NCBI GenBank assembly: GCA_945875335.1
Contig: CAMCKD010000003.1
Span: 5,693-69,692, forward strand
Reading direction: 5' to 3'
Origin: an uncultured Clostridia bacterium
Lineage (GTDB): Bacteria > Bacillota > Clostridia > Oscillospirales > Oscillospiraceae
DNA length: 64,000 nt
The notes under the pieces were generated by a model that did no database searches, was not told where the DNA came from, and worked only from the letters and a program-made list of their open reading frames with translations. Below, piece by piece: positions 28,795 to 36,362 of this stretch. A program made the position numbers and the translations under genes. Numbering within the stretch: the first letter of the stretch is position 1; each line of letters starts with the position of its first letter.

Positions 28795-29544
28795 CTAGAA
28801 CAGCTTGTTGAAATCAACGGTGTAGCCCATCGCTTTCAGCTCTTTCAGTAAGTCAACCTGCCAGTTTGCTGTGTTCGTGTATACAACGCCAGACAGGTCA
28901 GAAGGCATTTCGATCCCCGAATCTGCCAAGATTACCACATGCCTTCGTCCAAGCTTACCCATGAAATAGCCTGCTTCAAAGACCACATTCTGTCGTGCTC
29001 GTGGCTGCATAGTGTCGCCGGATTGCGCTTTCGCCAGATCATCCGCAGTAAACAGACAGATCGCACCGCTTACATCACTGTACTGTTCAAACTTTTCGAT
29101 GATGGTGTTCCCCTGGTTTGCCTGCTCAGAAAGGATAATTGCTTCGATATCCTGCTTTTCCACAATTCGTGCAACAGAATGCTTTAATTCGCCATCATGT
29201 CCGTGGACGATGAATATCTTGTTGAAAAAACTGGGTAAATCTGTCGCAGGCTCCAAGTCCGGTGCCTCCATTTCACTCAGATAATCGGCAAAGGTAAGTT
29301 TTGTCGCTTCCAGATCACGCTTGCAAAATGAAATCAAATCAGAATCATCTACATAAACACTTGGCGAAAACCTTGTTTTTTGAAACTTTGATAACTCTAT
29401 ACTATCAGCACCGTACTTTCTAGAAAGAAATCGTTCCGTTTTTGTATGCCATGCCGTAAATATAGGTGCTCGTTTTGTGGCACGGCTGGCAATGAGATCA
29501 TCAATCTCATCGCATATCTCCTTCAGCTTTTCATAGTCACTCAT
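28795..29544 (-). CDS. TIR-like (Cap12/Pycsar-TIR, PF10137-type) effector domain protein with ~105-aa N-terminal domain of unknown function
   Basis: KIFIVHGHDGELKHSVARIVEK..AIILSEQANQGNTIIEKFE..PRARQNVVFEAGYFMGKLGR pattern; ATGA overlap with the hsdS stop; GAGGAGGGG RBS. Confidence 0.75.
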   Translation of the reverse strand: MSDYEKLKEICDEIDDLIASRATKRAPIFTAWHTKTERFLSRKYGADSIELSKFQKTRFSPSVYVDDSDLISFCKRDLEATKLTFADYLSEMEAPDLEPATDLPSFFNKIFIVHGHDGELKHSVARIVEKQDIEAIILSEQANQGNTIIEKFEQYSDVSGAICLFTADDLAKAQSGDTMQPRARQNVVFEAGYFMGKLGRRHVVILADSGIEMPSDLSGVVYTNTANWQVDLLKELKAMGYTVDFNKLF

Positions 29545-30680
29545 GTTCTTTTCCCCTCCTCGAGAGAACCTTTAATCAGGATTGGACAAATATCTTGGAT
29601 TTGAATTTTCAGTCGATCGGAAATTTTCCTGCGAGCTATATAGACAGCATATAGTTCCACTATTGATTGCTGCACTTTTTCTTCCGGGATGGGAATCTCA
29701 ATCTCAAAAAATCGATCCAGATCAAGGTTGGTTCTGATACTTGAATCGCTCATAAACCATCCTCGTCTATCAGTCTCTTTACGCAAAAACCAAATCATTA
29801 TATATTCGGGAATTACTGATTTTTCATTCACCTCAAAAACTGTGTATGCCGGGGAAATGATAACCGGTACTTCCATGTCACAGAGTGCAATTCTAATGCA
29901 CTCATCCCGACCAGTCTGCATCCCCGAAAACGCAAACTGTCCTTTTTTAACTAGTTTATACTTTTTGAGATCAACACCATTAACATCAGCGACAGAAGGC
30001 ATAAATTGCTTTGAAATGTTTATTCCCTGAACACTTTTGATTTCTCCATCACCGTTTCTATTGTCTACTTCACGCAACAATTTGCTTAGGTGCTTTTGGG
30101 GAGCCATATGCTTCACATTATCAATTTGCGCATCCAACACAATCTTCAAGTCTTCCAATCCACGCTCATAGCTCTGCTGGTTGGCTACCATGGATTTGTA
30201 GACATTAACATACTGTTGCTGGGTTTCAAAATCAGGTAGTTTGAGTTCAATAGAACACAGATCCTCCCAGTTATAGAATTCAGTTGAACTCCCCCACGAA
30301 TTCGTTATGACATATCTGTCAAATTCCGGGCGATTAAAGTACATATATAGCCAATACGCATTCAGAACTTTTGTGGACTCTGGTTTTACCCGGAAAACAA
30401 CATAGTCCTCTGTGCAGATCACTGTTTTTCCAAGATCGTTATAGGCAATGCTGAATTTTTCCCCATTTCGGGAAGTGCGGTGATTGAATACAAATTCCCC
30501 GGGATTGGCAATCTGGAACTTACTCAAATCTCTGCCATTCAAATCTGCTTTGGTAGTCATAAGCTGCTTGAGATTATTGACACCACGAACATCCTCGACA
30601 GAATACAGTAGATCCTGATTGGTATGTTCCAGCAGTTCCAGCAAATCACCCAGCTTATATTTATTCAATCCCATAGCCAA
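29541..30680 (-). CDS. hsdS: Type I R-M specificity subunit
   Basis: 379 aa, two target-recognition halves separated by conserved helices; overlaps hsdM by 20 nt. Confidence 0.85.
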   Translation of the reverse strand: MAMGLNKYKLGDLLELLEHTNQDLLYSVEDVRGVNNLKQLMTTKADLNGRDLSKFQIANPGEFVFNHRTSRNGEKFSIAYNDLGKTVICTEDYVVFRVKPESTKVLNAYWLYMYFNRPEFDRYVITNSWGSSTEFYNWEDLCSIELKLPDFETQQQYVNVYKSMVANQQSYERGLEDLKIVLDAQIDNVKHMAPQKHLSKLLREVDNRNGDGEIKSVQGINISKQFMPSVADVNGVDLKKYKLVKKGQFAFSGMQTGRDECIRIALCDMEVPVIISPAYTVFEVNEKSVIPEYIMIWFLRKETDRRGWFMSDSSIRTNLDLDRFFEIEIPIPEEKVQQSIVELYAVYIARRKISDRLKIQIQDICPILIKGSLEEGKRT

Positions 30681-32265
30681 TCCCCCTGAATGCCTCTTTC
30701 AGCATTTTCTGAGACTGCTTCTCGGCAGCAAGAATCTCCCGCATTTCCTGCTGGATGCGAGCCATTTCCTTGGGATAATCAATCTCCAGATCGTGGTCGA
30801 TAAATTCAATGTACTTACTGGGAATCAGTGTCCAGCCGTTTCCTTCTATCTCGCTCTTTTTCACACTGCGGTACAGCTCCGGCACCTCATAATGCTCCCC
30901 GTCTGTGCCAACAGACTGCCATGTGTGATAGATGTCAGCCGCTTTCTGAATCTGCTCCGTGGAGAGGAATACTTTCTTTTTGTTTTCTCCCTTTACCGGA
31001 TTTTCCGTCCATGTGCGCAAATCCATGAAGAGAATCTCGTCCTCCCGGTTGCGCAGGTTCCGTCCGTGGTAGCTGCCGCCCTTTTTGTTCTGATTCAGAA
31101 TCCACAGGGTAACGCTGATATCCGTGGTAATAAACAGTTCCCGGGGCAGAATGATGATGGCTTCCACCTTGTCATTGGCAATGAGCTTCTGACGAATGTC
31201 CTTGGTATCGCTGTCACCCAGAGCACCGTTGGCCAGCAGGAAGCCTGCAACACCATCCAACGGCTTCAGGTGGGACAGTATATGCAGAATCCAGGCATAG
31301 TTGGCGTTGCTCTCCGGGGGCGTGCCATAGTCTACCCATCGGGAGTCCCCCTTCATATTGTCATCATACCAGCCCTTCAGATTAAACGGCGGATTGGCCA
31401 TGATATAATTGAAGTAGAGGCCCTTATGCAGATCGTTGGTGAAGGAAGAATCGTTGGTTTCACCCAGATGGTGGCTCAAACCGCGCAGCGCCAGGTTCAT
31501 TTTGGCAAGGCGGTAGGTGGCAGCATCCTTCTCCTGACCGTAAATATTGATACGGCTGATATCGCCCTGCTTGGCCTTCACCAGCTCCGCGCTCTGGATG
31601 AACATACCGCCGCTGCCGCAGCAGGGATCGTACAGAGTGCCGTCGAAAGGCTCAATCATGGTGGCAATCAGCTGCACCACATCATGGGGCGTATAAAATT
31701 CGCCCTCTTCCTTCGTTGCGTTGACCGCAAACTCTTTGAGGAAATATTCGTATACCCGGCCAATCAGATCTTTTTCCTCGCCAAATGCTTTGTGGCTGAT
31801 CTTATTGACTTCATCCACAATTTTCTTGATATCGTTGGGAGCCAGATTCCGGGTTGTGAACGTACCCTCGATGAAGCAGCCCTTCAGTCGGGCATCGCTG
31901 GCCGCAATGCTGTGCAGGGCGTTGTCCAGCGCCACATTCAGCTGGGGCGCCGGTGTATTGATAATAGTAGACCAGCGGGCATCCATGGGAAGATTGTAAG
32001 TGCCGTCCGTAAAGGTGGCATCTTCAAAAAATGCCGCCCAGATTTCAGGATCATCCGGATCCAGTCCCTGTGCCATCACATCCTGCCGCAGTTTTTCCAC
32101 GCCGTCCTCAAACTTCTCGCCGATAAAACGCAGAAATACCAGCGTCAACATCATGTCCCGCTTCTCAAAAAACGAACCGGAATTCCGAGCCTGCCGCAGG
32201 ATATCTCTGCACTTGAACAGGATTGCATCTAAATTGAGTTTCTCTTCAACCTTTTTCTTAGCCAT
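30661..32265 (-). CDS. hsdM: Type I R-M N6-adenine DNA methyltransferase subunit
   Basis: 534 aa; HsdM_N region, DPCCGSGGM SAM motif, IMANPPFN catalytic motif. Confidence 0.9.
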   Translation of the reverse strand: MAKKKVEEKLNLDAILFKCRDILRQARNSGSFFEKRDMMLTLVFLRFIGEKFEDGVEKLRQDVMAQGLDPDDPEIWAAFFEDATFTDGTYNLPMDARWSTIINTPAPQLNVALDNALHSIAASDARLKGCFIEGTFTTRNLAPNDIKKIVDEVNKISHKAFGEEKDLIGRVYEYFLKEFAVNATKEEGEFYTPHDVVQLIATMIEPFDGTLYDPCCGSGGMFIQSAELVKAKQGDISRINIYGQEKDAATYRLAKMNLALRGLSHHLGETNDSSFTNDLHKGLYFNYIMANPPFNLKGWYDDNMKGDSRWVDYGTPPESNANYAWILHILSHLKPLDGVAGFLLANGALGDSDTKDIRQKLIANDKVEAIIILPRELFITTDISVTLWILNQNKKGGSYHGRNLRNREDEILFMDLRTWTENPVKGENKKKVFLSTEQIQKAADIYHTWQSVGTDGEHYEVPELYRSVKKSEIEGNGWTLIPSKYIEFIDHDLEIDYPKEMARIQQEMREILAAEKQSQKMLKEAFRGIGYGIE

Positions 32266-32322
32266 GGGATTTTACCTTTCTTTATGTACAGTGGGAACGC
32301 AAAATGCAACATCTCACGATAA

Positions 32323-32351
32323 AATATACCACATTGCGTCATTTTTTTCAA
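32323..32351 (-). promoter_or_regulatory. sigma-A-type promoter (TTGAAA-17-TATATT, TG-extended) for the hsdM operon
   Basis: Minus strand: -35 at 32351..32346, -10 at 32328..32323. Confidence 0.6.
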
Positions 32352-32496
32352 TATGGCTGCCACATAATAAAACAGCGCTCACCAGACGAGCTGGTGGACG
32401 CTGCCTCTATAGAGATACCTATCAGATTTTTTCCTTTCAATGTCAGGAGTAATCATGTTCTGCTCACAATTGCAATATTCATACCTGTTGGAAGTA

Positions 32497-32763
32497 TCAG
32501 TTCTCGACCATCACCTCCAGCATCATCCGAGCTCCCAGGCGGAAGCTGTTCTGGAACAGCAGACATTCTGCCATATCCTGAAATTCCCGCACACTGTCTG
32601 CATACCGGGAGAACAACTCCTTCTGGGTATCCGTCATGGTAGCCTGGAGCTTTTCTTCGTTCCGGCTGATTAGTTGAAGGGCTTCCTTGTATTCCACACA
32701 GGGGCATGTGTCATATTCTGTTGGTTCGATATTGCCGTACCAAAATTCTTCAAGAATTCTCAT
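32497..32763 (-). CDS. small conserved transposon-associated protein (DUF6809-like)
   Basis: MRILEEFWYGNIEPTEY..; ATGA overlap with the upstream TnpV-like gene. Confidence 0.5.
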   Translation of the reverse strand: MRILEEFWYGNIEPTEYDTCPCVEYKEALQLISRNEEKLQATMTDTQKELFSRYADSVREFQDMAECLLFQNSFRLGARMMLEVMVEN

Positions 32764-33119
32764 GTCGCATCCTCCCCGTAAATTAGCTCCTGGAGTATGA
32801 TTTCCTCTGCCCGGTTCCGGATATTGTTCATAGCACCAACCCAAGCCATCGGGTCAGCAGCTTTCAAGCCCTCTGTCACGCCCTCGGCGGTTTTCATCTG
32901 CTCGATTATCCGATCCAGCCTGTCCTGCGCCTGCTCATTCAGGTCAGCCAGATAAGTCCACAGCTTGCCGGACAGAATCAGGCAGTTGTACTGAATCGGC
33001 TTGTGCTCTTTCAGATACTCCCGGCGCATCCGCCCCCACTTGCCGATGGGGCGTGTTTCTTCCGGCAGTTCCAGGTCAGGAATGAAGTAATCGCCCACTC
33101 GAATGTATTGCATTTCCAT
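32760..33119 (-). CDS. TnpV-like transposon-encoded protein
   Basis: ..YIRVGDYFIPDLELPEE..IGKWGRMRREYLKEHKP..LILSGKLWTYLADLNEQA pattern; AAGGAGG 7 nt before ATG 33119. Confidence 0.65.
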   Translation of the reverse strand: MEMQYIRVGDYFIPDLELPEETRPIGKWGRMRREYLKEHKPIQYNCLILSGKLWTYLADLNEQAQDRLDRIIEQMKTAEGVTEGLKAADPMAWVGAMNNIRNRAEEIILQELIYGEDAT

Positions 33120-33407
33120 AGTCATGCCTCCTTTACCTCGGTACTGTTATGATACCGAAGGATCGGGATGCAGTCGAATGTGCCGCCTTGCAAAGTTTAT
33201 TACATTGATGTAACAAACTTGAAAATTTTACGACTTTATTACATGTCAGCAACCATCCATGCAGCGTTCAAGCCCGGCAAGTGTCAACTACCTGCCGGGC
33301 TTGTCCCTATTCACATCAACACCGCATTCCAGTGGATTTTCGCGGTTCTGCCATAGTACGCGGACAAAATTGCACCATTTGTCCTCCATAGAAAACTTCC
33401 GCGGGCA

Positions 33408-33605
33408 TTATCCCTTATTCATAATATGGGCCACCAGGCGCAGGTTTCGTTCCACCAGGATGTTGCGGGCTTCGATGTCGCCTTGGGCGCAGAGGGCCAG
33501 ATAGTGTCGTTCTTCTTCCTCAGTGAGGGGCTTGGGGAAGCTGCCGGTGGAAAGCTGCAGGGAATAGAGCAGACTGCTGAGCATCAGCCATGAGGAAAGC
33601 AGCAT
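33408..33605 (-). CDS. sigK: sigK 5' segment (pro-sequence + region 2.1; spoIVCB-like half); last 4 codons and stop are element-derived
   Basis: MLLSSWLMLSSLLYSLQLSTGSFPKPLTEEEERHYL..GDIEARNILVERNLRLVAHI then MNKG*; GAGGTGA RBS. Confidence 0.85.
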   Translation of the reverse strand: MLLSSWLMLSSLLYSLQLSTGSFPKPLTEEEERHYLALCAQGDIEARNILVERNLRLVAHIMNKG

Positions 33606-33718
33606 AGAATATCACCTCAGCATACTCTATTCACCGCTGGTTGTCCCTTTTCCGGCAGTGCTCGTAAGTTTTTCCAAGTGAACTTTCAGCAGCCCTCTCG
33701 GCCGCAGACATTTTTTTA

Positions 33719-33751
33719 CCCGGCAGGAGGTTGACTCCTGCCGGGCTTTTT
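33719..33751. terminator. GC-rich hairpin just downstream of the PAS-CPBP gene (T-run only on the plus side)
   Basis: CCCGGCAGGAG / CTCCTGCCGGG stem flanked by T7 on the left and T5 on the right. Confidence 0.4.
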
Positions 33752-33756
33752 CCTAT

Positions 33757-34800
33757 TCAAATCAGATAACGCAAAAATGTGGCAACTTCTCCCAGCACAT
33801 AATGGATGATGGCCAGGCCCCAGATGTTGCCCTGCTTGTGGTAGAGAATTCCCAGTGTGCCCAGCAGCAAGGTGGACGCCAGCATGTAGGGCAGCCCATA
33901 GGCAATATGGAGCACGCCGAAGATCAGCGCCGAAACCACGATGGACAGCACACCGGCATACTTCCCCGTAAAAATCCGCCTCAAGCTTTCCTGCATGACG
34001 CCGCGCGCCAGGAACTCCTGCAAAATCGCAGTCAGAGGATAGAATACATCCGCAATTGTTCCCACGCTCCAATCCCAGAAGGGAGCGCCCTCCGGGAAAA
34101 AGCCGGGAGCAACCCGCAGCAGAACCACCTTGCCCAAAATCAGCGCCGCGCTGCCAATCACGGTAATCAGAATATCGGGAAGGAAGGTTGCCTTTGCATT
34201 TGTGATCCGCAGGCCAATATCCCGAATGGTAAAGCTGGTCGTCTTCATAATCACGACGAACATCAGCAGCGAAATGACCTCAATCAGCACACTCATGACC
34301 CATCCGGGCGGCTCAATGTTGAGATAGCGCAGCAGACTCCAGAAGAAGAGGTAGGCGCATACGCAAATCATCATGATCGCAAAGATCGTGGAGGATTCCC
34401 TGCGCTGCTGGTGCAGCCTGGTGATCTCCGTCATATCCGAAAACACCACCACCACGCCAATCCGATTGGTGCCATCCTCACTGCGCAGGAAGGAGGTCGT
34501 CAGGCAGAATTGCCGCTCTGCCTGATCTGGAAGCTGAAAGGATGCCTCACCGCTGTGAGCATTTTCCTTGTCGTATACAGCATCCAGCACAAACTGGTGA
34601 AAGGCGTCATTTTTGCCCTGGTCATCCTGAGCCATCAGTGCGGCGGCATACTTCATGCCAATCAAATTCTGGCTCTGCCCCAAAAGCTTTTGCCCCCGCT
34701 CATTTAAGTACAGAATGGTTCCCCGCATATCCAAAATCAGGACACCATCGTTCAAATCCCGCAGGATGCGGGGTACAAATCCCTTCTCTTCATTTTCCAT
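33757..34800 (-). CDS. PAS domain fused to a CPBP (CAAX/Abi) family intramembrane protease
   Basis: N-terminal PAS-like ILDMRGTILYLNERGQKLLG..VVVFSDMTEI; C-terminal TM region with QEFLARG (EExxxR-like) and FGVLH motifs. Confidence 0.75.
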   Translation of the reverse strand: MENEEKGFVPRILRDLNDGVLILDMRGTILYLNERGQKLLGQSQNLIGMKYAAALMAQDDQGKNDAFHQFVLDAVYDKENAHSGEASFQLPDQAERQFCLTTSFLRSEDGTNRIGVVVVFSDMTEITRLHQQRRESSTIFAIMMICVCAYLFFWSLLRYLNIEPPGWVMSVLIEVISLLMFVVIMKTTSFTIRDIGLRITNAKATFLPDILITVIGSAALILGKVVLLRVAPGFFPEGAPFWDWSVGTIADVFYPLTAILQEFLARGVMQESLRRIFTGKYAGVLSIVVSALIFGVLHIAYGLPYMLASTLLLGTLGILYHKQGNIWGLAIIHYVLGEVATFLRYLI

Positions 34801-35250
34801 CCAATCACTTCTCCCTCATATTTTGGCGGAAATCGTGATTTTCAGTATATCATAATGCTGTGAAGTTTTCAACAAAAAATGCGCTTATCGGCCAATTGCA
34901 CCACAGGAACAAGGATGGAATTCCGGCTTATCACTGCGGATTTTATGTCCTTGTTTAGGATACATCTGTTCTTTTTGCAAGATGACGCCTTGCAAGCGCC
35001 CTTTTTGTTGCTTTTCACGACAGCGCTTTTCTCCTGCCTGGGTTTTCCAGGTTTTTTCAGGGTGATATGGTGTATAAATTCCGATTATTTCCAGCTATTT
35101 CCTTGTGCAGATTGCACATTTAATTTTCATATTTGCAAGATATCTTTCATTGTTTGTTCTATTCTTTCATTTTTGATGGTTAATTTGGTGGATTTTGAAA
35201 TTCTGCAAGTACAGGAATCACGGTCAAAATTTCATTCTGCATTTTTCACC

Positions 35251-35279
35251 TTGCAAAAATTCATGCTTTGCGATATAAT
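35251..35279 (+). promoter_or_regulatory. sigma-A-type promoter (TTGCAA-17-TATAAT)
   Basis: -35 at 35251..35256, -10 at 35274..35279, 40 nt upstream of the TAXI gene. Confidence 0.6.
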
Positions 35280-35319
35280 GTGTCCTGTAATTACTTTTAC
35301 ATACCGAGGAGGAAACACA

Positions 35320-36285
35320 ATGAAACTGAAGAAAATGATCGCTCTCGTTCTCTGCGCTGTCATGATGCTGTCCCTGGCTGCTACAGTCCAGGCGGCTCCC
35401 GCGAAGATGACCATGGGCACCGGCGGCTCCGCTGGCACCTATTATGCTTACGGCACCATCCTGGGCCGCTACATGAAGGAGAAGGCAAACGTCAACGTGA
35501 CCGTTGTCTCCACCGACGGCTCCAAGGCCAACATCCAGGGCATCCAAGCCGGTGACTATCAGCTGGGCACTGTCCAGTCCGACGTCATGTCCTACGGCTG
35601 GGAGGGCAGCCGCTCCTTCGAGTCCACCGGCAAGGTTGATTCCTTCCGGGTCATCGCCGGTCTGTACGCAGAGGCGGTGCAGCTCATCACCATGGACCCC
35701 GCCATCAAGTCCGTTGCTGACCTGAAGGGCAAGACCGTTTCCATCGGCGCTCCCAGCTCCGGCGTGTACTTCAACGCTGTGGACGTGCTGGCCGCCGCCG
35801 GTCTGACCGAGCAGGACATCAACGCCCAGTACCAGAGCTTCGCCGACAGCACCGACGCTCTGAAGGACGGCAAGATCGACGCCGCTTTCATCGTGGCCGG
35901 CGCTCCCACCCCCGCCATCACCGAGCTGTGCACCACCAACTCCGCTTTCCTGGTGCCCATTGACGGCGACGTTGCCGCGGCGATGATGGAGGCCTCCCCC
36001 TTCTACACCGTCTACACCATTCCCGCCGGTACCTACAACGGCCAGACCGAAGATGTGAACACCGTCACCGTGAAGGCCACTCTGATCGTGGACGCCAGCG
36101 CCAGCGAGGACGATGTTTACAACATCACCAAGGCCATCTTTGACAACGCCGAAGACATTGCCAAGGAGCACGGCAAGGGCGCTGAGCTGAGCATCGAAAA
36201 CGCCACCAGCGGCATGACCGCTCCCTTCCACAAGGGCGCTGCCAAATACTTCGCCGAGCAGGGCGTGACCGTCGAAGCACAGTAA
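35320..36285 (+). CDS. TAXI-family TRAP transporter solute-binding protein
   Basis: Signal peptide MKLKKMIALVLCAVMMLSLAATVQA; GTGGSAGTYYAYG motif; GAGGAGG RBS; start is in frame within track ORF 34879. Confidence 0.85.
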   Translation: MKLKKMIALVLCAVMMLSLAATVQAAPAKMTMGTGGSAGTYYAYGTILGRYMKEKANVNVTVVSTDGSKANIQGIQAGDYQLGTVQSDVMSYGWEGSRSFESTGKVDSFRVIAGLYAEAVQLITMDPAIKSVADLKGKTVSIGAPSSGVYFNAVDVLAAAGLTEQDINAQYQSFADSTDALKDGKIDAAFIVAGAPTPAITELCTTNSAFLVPIDGDVAAAMMEASPFYTVYTIPAGTYNGQTEDVNTVTVKATLIVDASASEDDVYNITKAIFDNAEDIAKEHGKGAELSIENATSGMTAPFHKGAAKYFAEQGVTVEAQ

Positions 36286-36362
36286 TCTTTCGCTATTCCA
36301 AACGGCTTCGGTGGAATCACCGAAGCCGTTTTTGGATTTCCGTGATAACGAAGGAGGAAAGC

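Larger units (their letters stand above)
16741..33422 (-). mobile_element. skin-like sigK intervening element, ~16.7 kb (serine-recombinase integrative element carrying defence cargo)
   Basis: Bounded by the two sigK halves; recombinase at one end, TnpV at the other; visibly lower GC than the flanks; boundaries inferred from a shared TA dinucleotide. Confidence 0.75.

Noticed and set aside
25308-32232. Plus-strand ORFs 25308..26288, 27030..27701, 27717..28493 and 30619..32232 inside the R-M operon
   Set aside because: All are antisense to hsdR or hsdM, which carry helicase (DEAH) and methyltransferase (NPPF) motifs.
33606-33720. SigE/SigK-type promoter upstream of the sigK 5' half
   Set aside because: I could not find a convincing -35/-10 pair on the minus strand by eye, so no promoter is reported.
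35104-35118. Palindrome TGTGCA-GAT-TGCACA and recurring TTGCAAG motifs in the 520-bp region upstream of the TAXI gene
   Set aside because: Short and of low information content. No adjacent regulator gene links to them, so they are not reported as a site.
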